Part shown: one piece after another, positions 46,541 through 56,507 of the stretch
Position numbering within the stretch: the stretch's first letter is position 1
Layout: the number at the start of each line of letters is the position of its first letter
Origin: Candidatus Magasanikbacteria bacterium CG_4_10_14_0_2_um_filter_41_10
GTDB lineage: Bacteria > Patescibacteriota > Patescibacteriia > Magasanikbacterales > UBA922
Length of the DNA: 64,000 nucleotides
Reading direction: 5' to 3'
Assembly (NCBI GenBank): GCA_002792995.1
Contig: PFPJ01000055.1
Span: 293 to 64,292, forward strand
The notes under the pieces: generated by a model
Seen by the model: only the letters and a program-made list of their open reading frames with translations
What the model was told of the DNA's origin: nothing
The model's database searches: none
Made by a program: the position numbers and the translations under genes

Positions 46541-49500
46541 ATGCCAATCTACAAGCGACAGAAGACCACGGTGGCAGAACGAAAGTTCTTCACCCCGCTC
46601 AAGAGCGCGATCGAAGCGCCCGATCTCATTGAGACGCAAAAAGCGTCGTACAATTGGTTTTTTGATATTGGTATCAAAGAACTTTTTGAAGAAATTTCTC
46701 CAGTGAAAGATTTTACTGGTCGAGATCTGGAATTGTACTTCGAAGATTATACTATCGATGAGCCCAAGTTTGATGAAGTGGTCTGTCGTGAAAAAAATGT
46801 TACATTTGAAGCTCCGCTTCGTGTAAAAGTTCGTTTGATAAATAAGCGTACAAAAACAGAAGATGTCCAAGAGATTTATCTTGGTGACGTTCCCATCATG
46901 ACTGATCGTGGAACATTTATGGTCAACGGTATTGAGCGTGTGGTGGTATCACAGCTTATCCGAAGTGCAGGTGCCTTTTTTACAGAAAGTACGGTCCGTG
47001 GCCGAAAATATTATGGCGCAAAAATTATTCCAAACCGTGGTGCCTGGATAGAAATTGAAACAGACCAAAACAATGTTATTTGGGTAAAAGTGGATAGAAA
47101 ACGAAAAGTTGCAGCGACATCATTGTTGAGAGCATTTGGAATGAGTGCTGATGAAGATATTATCAAAGCATTCGAAGGTGTGAATACGCATCCAAATATT
47201 GATTACATAGAAGCAACCATTAAAAAAGATGCTGCAGAAAATGAAGATGACGGATTGATCGAAGTCTACAAACGTATTCGTCCAGGTGATCTCGCAACGT
47301 CTGACAATGCAAAGAGTCTCATCCACTCAATGTTTTTCAACTTTGACCGGTATGATTTTGGTCGAGTCGGTGTATACAAATTGGATAAAAAATTTGAACT
47401 TGGTCTTTCTGGTGGCGATTATGACCAAAAAGAACAGCGTGTGTTGTCCCTTGATAAACTTCTTTTGGTATTGAAGGAAGTAGTTCGTTTGAACGTGACA
47501 CAAGAAGATGCTGACGATATCGATCATCTTGGAAATCGTCGTATTCGAGCGGTAGGGGAACTCGTCCAAAACAGATTCCGTGTTGGGCTTGCTCGTATGG
47601 AACGTATCATTCGTGATCGTATGAGTACATACGAACTCGAAAGTCTCGCACCAAATAAACTTATCAACGCACGACCTGTGATCGGAGCAATTCGTGAATT
47701 CTTCATGAGTTCACAGCTGTCTCAGTTCATGGACCAAGTGAATCCACTCGCAGAACTCGAGCACAAACGTCGTGTTTCAGCTCTTGGACCTGGTGGTCTT
47801 TCTCGAGACCGTGCCGGATTTGAAGTTCGTGATGTTCATACAACCCATTACGGTCGTATCTGTCCGATTGCAACACCAGAAGGACCAAACATCGGTCTTG
47901 TTGGACATCTTGCAAGTTATGCAAAAATTAATAGCTTTGGATTTGTAGAAACACCATATAGAAAAGTAGCAAAGAATGTGCCAAACCAAGCGCGCTTTAC
48001 AGAAGGTGAATATTTGCAAGAGGACGTGTCTGGTATTGGAAAATCAGGTGAACAAATTTCAAAAGACATGGCAAAGAAGCTGGAGGGAAAGACAGATATG
48101 GAAACCGTATCAGTCATGCCACGTGTGACAGACGAAATTGTATACCTCAATTCATTTCAAGAAGAAAAAGTTACAACAGCGAGTGCGACAACGAGCATGA
48201 ATGAACATGGTATCCTCATAGGAGAACGTATTCCTGCCCGTGTGCATGGCGAACCAAGTACGGTGTCTGCAGGAGATATTGAATATATTGATGTTGCCTC
48301 AAATCAGATTTTGTCTGTTGCAACAAGCATGATTCCATTTCTCGAACATGACGATGCGACTCGTGCGCTCATGGGAACAAACATGCAACGTCAAGCCGTC
48401 CCATGTATTCAACCAGATTCTCCACTCGTAGGGACTGGCATGGAAAAAATTGCTGCAGAAAATAGCGGACATATTTTGTTTGCTGATGAAGATGGAGAGG
48501 TCACTGCAGTCGATAGTAGCATGGTACAGATTACGGATAAAAATAAAAAAATATACACGTATCCTCTCAACAAATTTGTTCGATCAAACGCATCGAGTTC
48601 TATCAATCAGCGTCCTGTTGTTACACTTGGAGAAAAAGTTAAGAAAGGACAGGCACTGTGTAACGGACCAAGTATCGATAATGGTGAGCTCGCTCTTGGA
48701 CAAAATGTCCTCGTCGCATACATGGTATGGGATGGATACAATTATGAAGATGCTATTATCATTTCAGAACGTATCGTACAGAAAGATAGATATACATCCA
48801 TTCATGTCGAAGACTACGCAACAGATGTTCGAGAAACAAAACTTGGCCCAGAACTTGTCACGAGCGATATTCCAAACGTGAGTGAAGAAAAATTGAAAAA
48901 TCTTGATACCGAAGGTGTTATTCGTGTTGGTGCGGAAGTTCATTCTGGTGACATCTTAGTTGGAAAAATTACTCCAAAAGGAGAAACAGAATTGACACCA
49001 GAAGAGCGATTGCTTCGTGCCATTTTTGGAGAAAAAGCTCGCGATGTTCGTGATTCATCACTCTACCTTGAGCATGGAGAACATGGAAAGGTAACAGATA
49101 TTCGTGTCTTTTCTGCAGACGAAGGAGACAAGTTGCAACCTGGTGTGATCAAGCAAGTCCAAGTCACTGTCGCAGACATGAGAAAACTTCAAGTCGGTGA
49201 TAAAATGGCAGGACGACATGGAAACAAAGGTGTTATTTCTCGCATTGTATCAGTAGAAGACATGCCGTTCCTTGAAGATGGAACACCTGTTGATATTATT
49301 CTTTCTCCACTCGGTGTTATTTCTCGTATGAACTTGGGGCAATTGCTCGAAAGTCATCTTGGTCTCGCAGCAAATGCGCTCGGGTATCGTGCAGCAACAC
49401 CAGTGTTGAATGGAATTACAGAAGCACAAATCAAAGAAGAATTGACAAAGGCTGGATTCCCAACAGATTCACAGTCGCAACTCTATGATGGACGTACTGG

Positions 49501-49951
49501 TGAACCGATGGATCACAAGACCACTGTTGGATACAATTACATGCTCAAGCTCAACCACATGATCGAAGACAAAATGCACCAACGTTCTATTGGTCCATAC
49601 AGTCTTATTACACAGCAACCACTCGGTGGAAAGGCGCAGTTTGGTGGACAACGTTTCGGAGAAATGGAAGTGTGGGCACTCGAAGCATACGGTGCCGCGC
49701 ATTCATTGCAAGAAATTTTGACGATCAAATCCGATGATGTGCCAGGACGAAGCAAAGCATACGAAGCAATTATCAAAGGAAACCCAATCACCCGTGTCAA
49801 CTTACCAGAATCATTCAATGTTTTGGTACGAGAGTTGAAGGGTCTTGCCCTCGATGTAAAACTTATGAAACAAGTCGGTGATGTATACATCCCAGCTGAC
49901 GAAATACCAAAAGTCGAGTCAGCTTCAGACTACATGGAGAATGAAGAGTAG
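46541..49951 (+). CDS. rpoB: RNA polymerase beta subunit
   Basis: NGIERVVVSQL, TPEGPNIGL, GDKMAGRHGNKG, GGQRFGEME. Confidence 0.99.
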   Translation: MPIYKRQKTTVAERKFFTPLKSAIEAPDLIETQKASYNWFFDIGIKELFEEISPVKDFTGRDLELYFEDYTIDEPKFDEVVCREKNVTFEAPLRVKVRLINKRTKTEDVQEIYLGDVPIMTDRGTFMVNGIERVVVSQLIRSAGAFFTESTVRGRKYYGAKIIPNRGAWIEIETDQNNVIWVKVDRKRKVAATSLLRAFGMSADEDIIKAFEGVNTHPNIDYIEATIKKDAAENEDDGLIEVYKRIRPGDLATSDNAKSLIHSMFFNFDRYDFGRVGVYKLDKKFELGLSGGDYDQKEQRVLSLDKLLLVLKEVVRLNVTQEDADDIDHLGNRRIRAVGELVQNRFRVGLARMERIIRDRMSTYELESLAPNKLINARPVIGAIREFFMSSQLSQFMDQVNPLAELEHKRRVSALGPGGLSRDRAGFEVRDVHTTHYGRICPIATPEGPNIGLVGHLASYAKINSFGFVETPYRKVAKNVPNQARFTEGEYLQEDVSGIGKSGEQISKDMAKKLEGKTDMETVSVMPRVTDEIVYLNSFQEEKVTTASATTSMNEHGILIGERIPARVHGEPSTVSAGDIEYIDVASNQILSVATSMIPFLEHDDATRALMGTNMQRQAVPCIQPDSPLVGTGMEKIAAENSGHILFADEDGEVTAVDSSMVQITDKNKKIYTYPLNKFVRSNASSSINQRPVVTLGEKVKKGQALCNGPSIDNGELALGQNVLVAYMVWDGYNYEDAIIISERIVQKDRYTSIHVEDYATDVRETKLGPELVTSDIPNVSEEKLKNLDTEGVIRVGAEVHSGDILVGKITPKGETELTPEERLLRAIFGEKARDVRDSSLYLEHGEHGKVTDIRVFSADEGDKLQPGVIKQVQVTVADMRKLQVGDKMAGRHGNKGVISRIVSVEDMPFLEDGTPVDIILSPLGVISRMNLGQLLESHLGLAANALGYRAATPVLNGITEAQIKEELTKAGFPTDSQSQLYDGRTGEPMDHKTTVGYNYMLKLNHMIEDKMHQRSIGPYSLITQQPLGGKAQFGGQRFGEMEVWALEAYGAAHSLQEILTIKSDDVPGRSKAYEAIIKGNPITRVNLPESFNVLVRELKGLALDVKLMKQVGDVYIPADEIPKVESASDYMENEE

Positions 49952-49994
49952 TGATATTGTCTCATTTTTCCCTACTTATTAACTTCTAGTACGT

Positions 49995-52900
49995 ATGTCA
50001 CGAGATACTCTACATTCAATAGACTTCGATGCCATCGCCCTCTCGGTCGCATCTCCAGAAGTCATCAAAAATTGGTCTTTTGGTGAAGTGTCAAAACCTG
50101 AGACGATCAATTATCGTACCCAAAAACCAGAAAAAGCAGGGTTGTTCGCAGAAGAAATTTTTGGTCCAACAAAAGATTGGGAATGTTACTGTGGAAAGTA
50201 TAAAAAAATTCGATACAAAGGCATTGTCTGTGACAAGTGTGGTGTGGAAGTCACACACTCACTCGTTCGTCGTGAACGCATGGGACACATCGAGCTTACG
50301 AGTCCTGTGTCACATATCTGGTTTCTTCGTTCAATCCCTTCAAAGATTGGTTTGGTACTTGATATCTCCATCCAAAATCTTGAAAAAGTTATTTACTTTG
50401 CATCCTTTATTATTACGTCAGTGAATGAAGAAGAAAAGAAACAAGCGCTTGATGGATTGAAGGATGAATACAAAACAACACGAAAAGAATTGGAAAAACA
50501 ATTTGCAGAAGAACCAAAAGTGCTTGAAGAAAAGATTGCCGCGCTTGATGAAGACGTCGCTCTCGTGCAGGAAGAACTCAAAGATATCAAGATGATGGGC
50601 ATTGTGTCAGAACATCGATATCAAGAATTGTCATTCCGATATGGCCACATGTTTGAAGCAAGTATCGGTGCTGGTGCCATTCGTGATTTGTTGAAAAAAC
50701 TCAATCTTCCAAAGACGATTGAAAGTTTGGAAAAACAAATTGTAAAAAGTAAAGGAGCAAAACGCGATCGACTCGTACGCCGAGTGAAATTGCTTTCTAG
50801 TTTGAATCAAAATGGTATTAAACCAGAATGGATGGTCCTCACCTCCATTCCTGTTATTCCACCAGATCTCCGCCCAATGGTAGCGCTCGATGGAGGACGC
50901 TTTGCGACATCTGATCTCAATGATCTGTATCGTCGTGTTATCAATCGAAACAATCGGTTGGGTCGATTGCTCTCACTCAATGCACCAGAAGTCATCTGTC
51001 GCAACGAACGACGTATGTTGCAAGAAGCCGTTGATGCACTTATCGACAACAATGCACGTTCTGCAAAAACAGTTACTGCGTCTACAGGACAAAAACGAAA
51101 ATTGCGTTCTCTGGCAGATATTTTGAAAGGAAAGCAAGGACGATTCCGACAAAACTTGCTCGGAAAACGTGTCGACTATTCAGGACGTTCCGTTATTGTC
51201 GTAGGACCAAATCTTCAAATGCACGAATGTGGATTGCCAAAACGTATGGCACTTGAATTGTTCAAACCATTTGTCATGAGTGAGATCATCAAACGTGAGC
51301 TTGCACATAATGTTCGCAGTGCATCACGATATATCGAATCCAATGCCCCAGAAGTATGGGATATCTTGGAAGATCTTACCTCAAAGACTCGTGTACTCTT
51401 GAATCGTGCGCCTACCTTGCATCGTCTTGGTATTCAGGCATTTCGACCAAGACTTGTTGAAGGAAAAGCAATTCAACTTCATCCACTCGTGACACCAGCG
51501 TTCAATGCCGATTTCGACGGAGACCAAATGGCAGTTCATTTGCCGTTGACCGAAGAAGCAAAGTGGGAAGCTGAACATATCATGGCTGCAGAAAAAAACT
51601 TGTTGAAACCTGCGACAGGACAACCTATTATTACCCCTCAACAAGATATTACCCTCGGGTCATATTATTTGACTCGATATGCTGAAGCTGACACAGGAGA
51701 GATAACAAAATACTTCTCAAATATTACTGAAGCAAAATACGCATACAAAACACGCATGATCGGTGTACATGAACGTGTCAAAATTCGGTTCGATAATGTA
51801 GCAAAATTTCCAGAAGGACAAAGTACTCTTGTGGAAACATCTATTGGTCGAGTATTTTTCAATGAAATTTTCCCAGACAAAATTGAATACTACAACGAAC
51901 CAATTACCAAAAAACATTTGTCAAAGATTATTGCGTCAATGCTTGAATTTTATGGACAAGCAGAGACTGCTATTATTCTTGATAGAATTAAGGAAGTCGG
52001 GTTCAAGTATGTTACGAAGTCTGGATATTCTCTTGGGATGGATGACTTCGGACGAATCGAAGAAAAGAAAGGCATTCTCGAAGAAGGTGGCAATAGTGTC
52101 GCCTTGGTAGAAGAACAATTCAAAGAAGGGTTGCTCACTGGTTCTGAACGACATGCAAAAGTTCTGGAAATTTGGACTGATGTCAAAGACCGTGTTGTCT
52201 CATTCAATAAACAGGCACTTGATAAAGAAGGACCAGTCTTTGCAATGATTGATTCTGGTGCTCGTGGATCATGGGGACAGCTTGGACAGGTGATCGGTAT
52301 GAAAGGACTTGTGGCTTCTCCAAGTGGAGACATCATCGAACTTCCTGTTACAGGAAACTTCAAAGAAGGATTCGATGTTCTTGAGTTCTTTATCTCTTCT
52401 CACGGTACACGAAAAGGTCTTTCAGATACCGCTCTTCGTACTGCAAACGCAGGATATTTGACTCGTCGTCTTGTCGATGTTGCACAAGATGTAGTGGTCA
52501 CTCATGATGATTGTGGTGACGATATTGGAGAATTTTTTACAAAAGAAAATTCAGAACAAATTGGAGAAAAATTATCTGAACGTGTTGGCGGAAGATTTGT
52601 TCTTGTCGATGTCAAGGCCGGACGCAAGACCTTAATAAAAGCAGGAGAAATGATTACCGCTGAGATAGCTCGACAAGTGGAATCGGAGGGCGTAGAAGAA
52701 GTGCATGTACGCAGTGTACTGCAGTGTCGCTTGCCAAAGGGTGTTTGTGCAACCTGTTATGGTGTTGATCTTTCAAACAGTGCTGTTGTCAAAAAAGGAA
52801 CAGCTGTTGGAATCATCGCAGCACAATCCATTGGTGAACCTGGTACACAGTTGACTATGCGTACGTTCCATCTTGGAGGTGTCGCTGGAGGAGATATCAC

Positions 52901-53822
52901 CCAAGGGTTGCCACGTGTTGAAGAATTGTTTGAAGCGAGAAAACCAAAACGAAAAGCAGTTCTTTCCGAAGTTGCTGGTACTATTGAAATAGAAGATGCA
53001 GACGGAAAAGTAATTACCAGTCCAACAGGACGAAAAGTATTCGAAGGACGAAAAGGACAAAAAATTATCAAGGTTCACTTCGAAGGCATGGATGAATTGG
53101 AAATGAAGATCCGGAAATCTGACGATATCAAAGTCGTTGATGGACAAAAAGTAAAGCAAGATGATGTTCTCTACATTAGTGGAAGCACGGGAGAAGAAAT
53201 CAAAGCCGAATACGGTGGCGTTATTTCTCTTGGAAGCAAAGTGCTTGGTTTGAAATACCAAGGGAGTCATCGAAAAGAATACATTGTTCAGATTGGATTT
53301 AAGTTGTGGGTCAAGAATGGCGATGTCGTTGAAAAAGGTGACCAGCTTACCGAAGGAAGTGTTGACCTCCAAGAACTTTTTGAGCTCAAAGGGCGAGACG
53401 CCGTACAGAGATACATTCTTTCTGAGATTCAAAGTATTTACGCATCACAAGGACAACGTCTCAACGATAAACATGTAGAGCTCATTGTTCGACAGATGTT
53501 CTCTCGAGTCTATGTAGAAGATTCAGGAGATACTGATCTTCTTCCTGGAGAGACAGTTGAAAAGGCACAATTTCAAGGTGCCAATATGATCGCAGAAAAA
53601 AATAAAGGAAGAGAAGCCTCAGGACGAGAATTGTTCCTCGGTGTGTCAAAAATTTCTTTGTCTACACAGAGCTTCCTCTCTGCAGCATCTTTCCAAGAAA
53701 CCAGCAAAGTGCTTATCAATGCCGCTATTACCGGCAAGATGGATCCACTCGAAGGTCTCAAGGAAAACGTCATCATCGGACGACTTATTCCTGCAGGAAC
53801 GGGATTCAAAGATCATGAGTAA
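49995..53822 (+). CDS. rpoC: RNA polymerase beta' subunit
   Basis: KPETINYRT, Zn finger, NADFDGDQM, IGEPGTQLTMRTFH, GLKENVIIGRLIPAGTG. Confidence 0.99.
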   Translation: MSRDTLHSIDFDAIALSVASPEVIKNWSFGEVSKPETINYRTQKPEKAGLFAEEIFGPTKDWECYCGKYKKIRYKGIVCDKCGVEVTHSLVRRERMGHIELTSPVSHIWFLRSIPSKIGLVLDISIQNLEKVIYFASFIITSVNEEEKKQALDGLKDEYKTTRKELEKQFAEEPKVLEEKIAALDEDVALVQEELKDIKMMGIVSEHRYQELSFRYGHMFEASIGAGAIRDLLKKLNLPKTIESLEKQIVKSKGAKRDRLVRRVKLLSSLNQNGIKPEWMVLTSIPVIPPDLRPMVALDGGRFATSDLNDLYRRVINRNNRLGRLLSLNAPEVICRNERRMLQEAVDALIDNNARSAKTVTASTGQKRKLRSLADILKGKQGRFRQNLLGKRVDYSGRSVIVVGPNLQMHECGLPKRMALELFKPFVMSEIIKRELAHNVRSASRYIESNAPEVWDILEDLTSKTRVLLNRAPTLHRLGIQAFRPRLVEGKAIQLHPLVTPAFNADFDGDQMAVHLPLTEEAKWEAEHIMAAEKNLLKPATGQPIITPQQDITLGSYYLTRYAEADTGEITKYFSNITEAKYAYKTRMIGVHERVKIRFDNVAKFPEGQSTLVETSIGRVFFNEIFPDKIEYYNEPITKKHLSKIIASMLEFYGQAETAIILDRIKEVGFKYVTKSGYSLGMDDFGRIEEKKGILEEGGNSVALVEEQFKEGLLTGSERHAKVLEIWTDVKDRVVSFNKQALDKEGPVFAMIDSGARGSWGQLGQVIGMKGLVASPSGDIIELPVTGNFKEGFDVLEFFISSHGTRKGLSDTALRTANAGYLTRRLVDVAQDVVVTHDDCGDDIGEFFTKENSEQIGEKLSERVGGRFVLVDVKAGRKTLIKAGEMITAEIARQVESEGVEEVHVRSVLQCRLPKGVCATCYGVDLSNSAVVKKGTAVGIIAAQSIGEPGTQLTMRTFHLGGVAGGDITQGLPRVEELFEARKPKRKAVLSEVAGTIEIEDADGKVITSPTGRKVFEGRKGQKIIKVHFEGMDELEMKIRKSDDIKVVDGQKVKQDDVLYISGSTGEEIKAEYGGVISLGSKVLGLKYQGSHRKEYIVQIGFKLWVKNGDVVEKGDQLTEGSVDLQELFELKGRDAVQRYILSEIQSIYASQGQRLNDKHVELIVRQMFSRVYVEDSGDTDLLPGETVEKAQFQGANMIAEKNKGREASGRELFLGVSKISLSTQSFLSAASFQETSKVLINAAITGKMDPLEGLKENVIIGRLIPAGTGFKDHE

Positions 53823-53850
53823 GGAACACGCCAGATAGAAAATGGAATGC

Positions 53851-53884
53851 AAAAACAGTCCCGATTATATCGGGGCTGTTTTTT
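53851..53884 (+). terminator. Terminator after rpoC
   Basis: ACAGTCCCGAT-TAT-ATCGGGGCTGT followed by T tract. Confidence 0.75.
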
Positions 53885-53954
53885 GTTTTGAAAAACATTG
53901 AATATTCATTTCATTTTTGATAGGCTCTCTATGTACTATATAAAAATACTTTGT

Positions 53955-54683
53955 ATGTCAGGACATTCACGATGGAGTAAAATTCAGCACAAAAAAGGGA
54001 AGGCTGACGCACAGCGGGGAAATTTGTTTACCAAATTGTGTAAGGCCATTACCATGGCAGCAAAAGATGGTGGAGGCGATGCAGAAATGAATTTTTCGCT
54101 TCGTCTTGCGATAGAAAAAGCAAAAGGTGGAAATGTCCCAAAAGACAATATTGAACGTGCCATCAAGCGTGGAACTGGGGAACTAAAAGATGGTGAAGAA
54201 ATTCAAGAAGTACTGTACGAAGGATATGGCCCAGGTGGCATTGCCGTACTTGTCGAAACATTGAGCGACAATAAAAATAGAACTGTCTCCGAAGTAAAAA
54301 ATGCATTTACCAAAAATGGTGGTTCTCTCGGGAGTCTTGGAAGTGTGCAGTGGCAGTTTGAACGACAGGGAGTAGTGATTTTGGGTCATGCCCAAGTATC
54401 CATATCAAAAGATGATCTCGAACTTGCCTTGATAGATGCCGGAGCGTCAGACATTCTTGAGTTTGATGAACATCTCGAAGTACGTTGTCCAATGGATAAG
54501 TTTCAATCTGTGGTGGAGGCATTGAAAACATGTGGTGTTGGTGAACCCGAAGATGCTGGACTCAAGTGGGTCGCAAAAGAAGAGGTCGGCGTGGACGATG
54601 GCATTGCAGAAAAAATGGAAAAATTATATGATGCGCTTGATGAGCTCGACGATGTAAACGAAATTTATACAAATGAAAAATAA
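53955..54683 (+). CDS. yebC: YebC/PmpR family protein
   Basis: MSGHSRWSKIQHKKG, YEGYGPGG, DNKNRT; start corrected to 53955. Confidence 0.95.
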   Translation: MSGHSRWSKIQHKKGKADAQRGNLFTKLCKAITMAAKDGGGDAEMNFSLRLAIEKAKGGNVPKDNIERAIKRGTGELKDGEEIQEVLYEGYGPGGIAVLVETLSDNKNRTVSEVKNAFTKNGGSLGSLGSVQWQFERQGVVILGHAQVSISKDDLELALIDAGASDILEFDEHLEVRCPMDKFQSVVEALKTCGVGEPEDAGLKWVAKEEVGVDDGIAEKMEKLYDALDELDDVNEIYTNEK

Positions 54684-55155
54684 ATCACAACGCATTCTCG
54701 GTATCGACCCGGGCTATGGTCGCATTGGGTATGGTGTTATTGAAGGTGCACGTGGTGCGTGGGTACATGTGGCACATGGGTGTATCGAAACAAATACCAA
54801 AGCAGATTTTGCAGAGCGACTTGTGGAGCTGAAACAAGATCTCCTTTCAATATTAGAAAAATATCAGCCGGATAAAGCAGGCATCGAACAATTATTTTTT
54901 GCAAAAAATGTAACAACAGGAATGAAAGTAAGCGAAGCGCGTGGCGTTATTCTTCTTACCTTGCATGAAGCAGGTGTTCAGGTGCAGGAAGTCACGCCAC
55001 TACAGATGAAGCAAGCGATCGTTGGGTACGGTCGTGCAGAAAAAGGACAACTTCAGGAAATGATTCGTATTCAATTACTTTTGAAAAAACGCCCTACGCC
55101 AGACGATGCTGCCGATGCGTTGGGTGTTGCGTTGACGGCAGGACTGTTGTTTTAG
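54673..55155 (+). CDS. ruvC: Holliday junction resolvase RuvC
   Basis: RILGIDPG, IEQLFF, EARGV, GYGRAEK, DDAADAL. Confidence 0.96.
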   Translation: MKNKSQRILGIDPGYGRIGYGVIEGARGAWVHVAHGCIETNTKADFAERLVELKQDLLSILEKYQPDKAGIEQLFFAKNVTTGMKVSEARGVILLTLHEAGVQVQEVTPLQMKQAIVGYGRAEKGQLQEMIRIQLLLKKRPTPDDAADALGVALTAGLLF

Positions 55156-55158
55156 TAG

Positions 55159-55273
55159 GTCATCCCGAGCGAAGTTGAGGGATCTCGTTGATTCATCAGC
55201 ATACATTCATACATCGAGTTCTCTCGACTTCTCATTCGACTCACTTCGTTTGTTCAGAGTCGATTGAGATGAC
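55159..55273. repeat. REP/MITE-like palindromic element (GTCATCCCGAGC...GAGATGAC)
   Basis: Terminal inverted ends GTCATC/GATGAC; left arm GTCATCCCGAGCGAAGTTGAGGGATCTC resembles a widespread intergenic repeat family; degenerate. Confidence 0.55.
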
Positions 55274-55355
55274 GGTTTTTGACACAAGTATAACTTGTTT
55301 TTTTTGGTTTGCTATGATACATACCATGTATCCCATTCATGCCTAGGAGGGCAAC

Positions 55356-56054
55356 ATGAACACGACGGCAACGAGTGCTACTGTCCAGAAGGACGATCTT
55401 CAGCTGCTTCGGGCAGCGTTTCATATCGCCTTCCACATCATCGCCATCAGCCTTGTTGCTTCACGCGAGGTGTCTGATGAGGTAATTGATCAGGTTTTGG
55501 ATATCGCGTGGAAGGCTGTGGTTGTGGCAGAAATCTTCATGATTTCTGGGTACCGGATGTCGCAGAAGTGTGACAACTGGTATACGAAGGCGTTTGCCTG
55601 GTTCCACAAGTACATTGCAAGGTACCTCATACGACCAAAAGAGTATGGAAAACCTACCGCTATGACTACGTATGTCCTCGGACTCGTAGTAATTCGCCTG
55701 GGGCTTGCTGTCCCGGTGATCGAGTGCCTGTACATAATGGCGATCCTGTCATGGGGAGATCCTTTTGCAAGGATTGGGGGGATCAAGATCAAGGGGCCTT
55801 ATCTGCCCTTCAGGAAGAAGGCCAAGAAGACCTGGGCTGGATTCTTGACATTCTTCTTTGTGTCGACGGTGGTGGTTGTGATTCAGGATGTCGTTCTGAT
55901 AGATGTTGGAATGCTGACTCTGACTACGGTGCCTGCCATTGCCCAAATCGTCGCGGTCTTTGCCGGTGCGTTCGCCGAGGCGTACGCCCCATTCGCTGAT
56001 AATTTCTTCATCACGCTGGTGGCATACGGAGGGTATGCCGTCGTCATGGGGTGA
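55356..56054 (+). CDS. GC-enriched membrane protein, dolichol/phytol kinase (CTP-transferase) like
   Basis: RAAFH, WGDPFARIGG, KKTWAG, AEA...DNF motifs; AGGAGG SD. Confidence 0.75.
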   Translation: MNTTATSATVQKDDLQLLRAAFHIAFHIIAISLVASREVSDEVIDQVLDIAWKAVVVAEIFMISGYRMSQKCDNWYTKAFAWFHKYIARYLIRPKEYGKPTAMTTYVLGLVVIRLGLAVPVIECLYIMAILSWGDPFARIGGIKIKGPYLPFRKKAKKTWAGFLTFFFVSTVVVVIQDVVLIDVGMLTLTTVPAIAQIVAVFAGAFAEAYAPFADNFFITLVAYGGYAVVMG

Positions 56055-56124
56055 AGAGATTCAAGGAGAAACACGCCGCCCCGCACGGCGTAAAACGCGG
56101 GACGAGCGCCAAGGCGAGCAGGCC

Positions 56125-56313
56125 ATGCGGAGCATGGAGCCTGCGGTGAGGCAACGCCTGAAGCGTGAGATGGGGGAGATCTATGATTGCCCCCTGAACT
56201 GTCGTTGTAAGAACCCGCTCTGGGACTGCACAAGGCAGCCGAAGCCGTCGTTCTACGACGACTACGAGTTCGAGGACTTCGAGTTGGAGTTCCTCGACGG
56301 CCTCAACGGTTAA
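56125..56313 (+). CDS. GC-rich orphan small protein, 4 Cys and acidic tail
   Basis: MRSMEPAVRQRLKREMGEIYDCPLNCRCKNPLWDC...DDYEFEDFELEFLDGLNG; start uncertain. Confidence 0.45.
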   Translation: MRSMEPAVRQRLKREMGEIYDCPLNCRCKNPLWDCTRQPKPSFYDDYEFEDFELEFLDGLNG

Positions 56314-56317
56314 GGAG

Positions 56318-56358
56318 AAACGCCGCCCCTCTGGAAGAAGGGCGGCGTTCGTGTTTTT
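56318..56358 (+). terminator. Intrinsic terminator
   Basis: AACGCCGCCC...GGGCGGCGTT then GTGTTTTT. Confidence 0.7.
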
Positions 56359-56507
56359 GGCTACTATTAGCCAAACTATGTTCTCTCCCATTGACAAGAA
56401 GGCAGAAATATGCTATAGTAATCTTGTTTTTAATATACATCTTGGCATAGCCAAGCTGGACCCTCTTCGGACATGCCCCAGAGCGGCCTAGTAACCATAA
56501 TGCATGT

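Noticed and set aside
38940-53822. Inteins or introns in recA, rpoB, rpoC
   Set aside because: Lengths are normal, frames are continuous and no splice motifs were seen.
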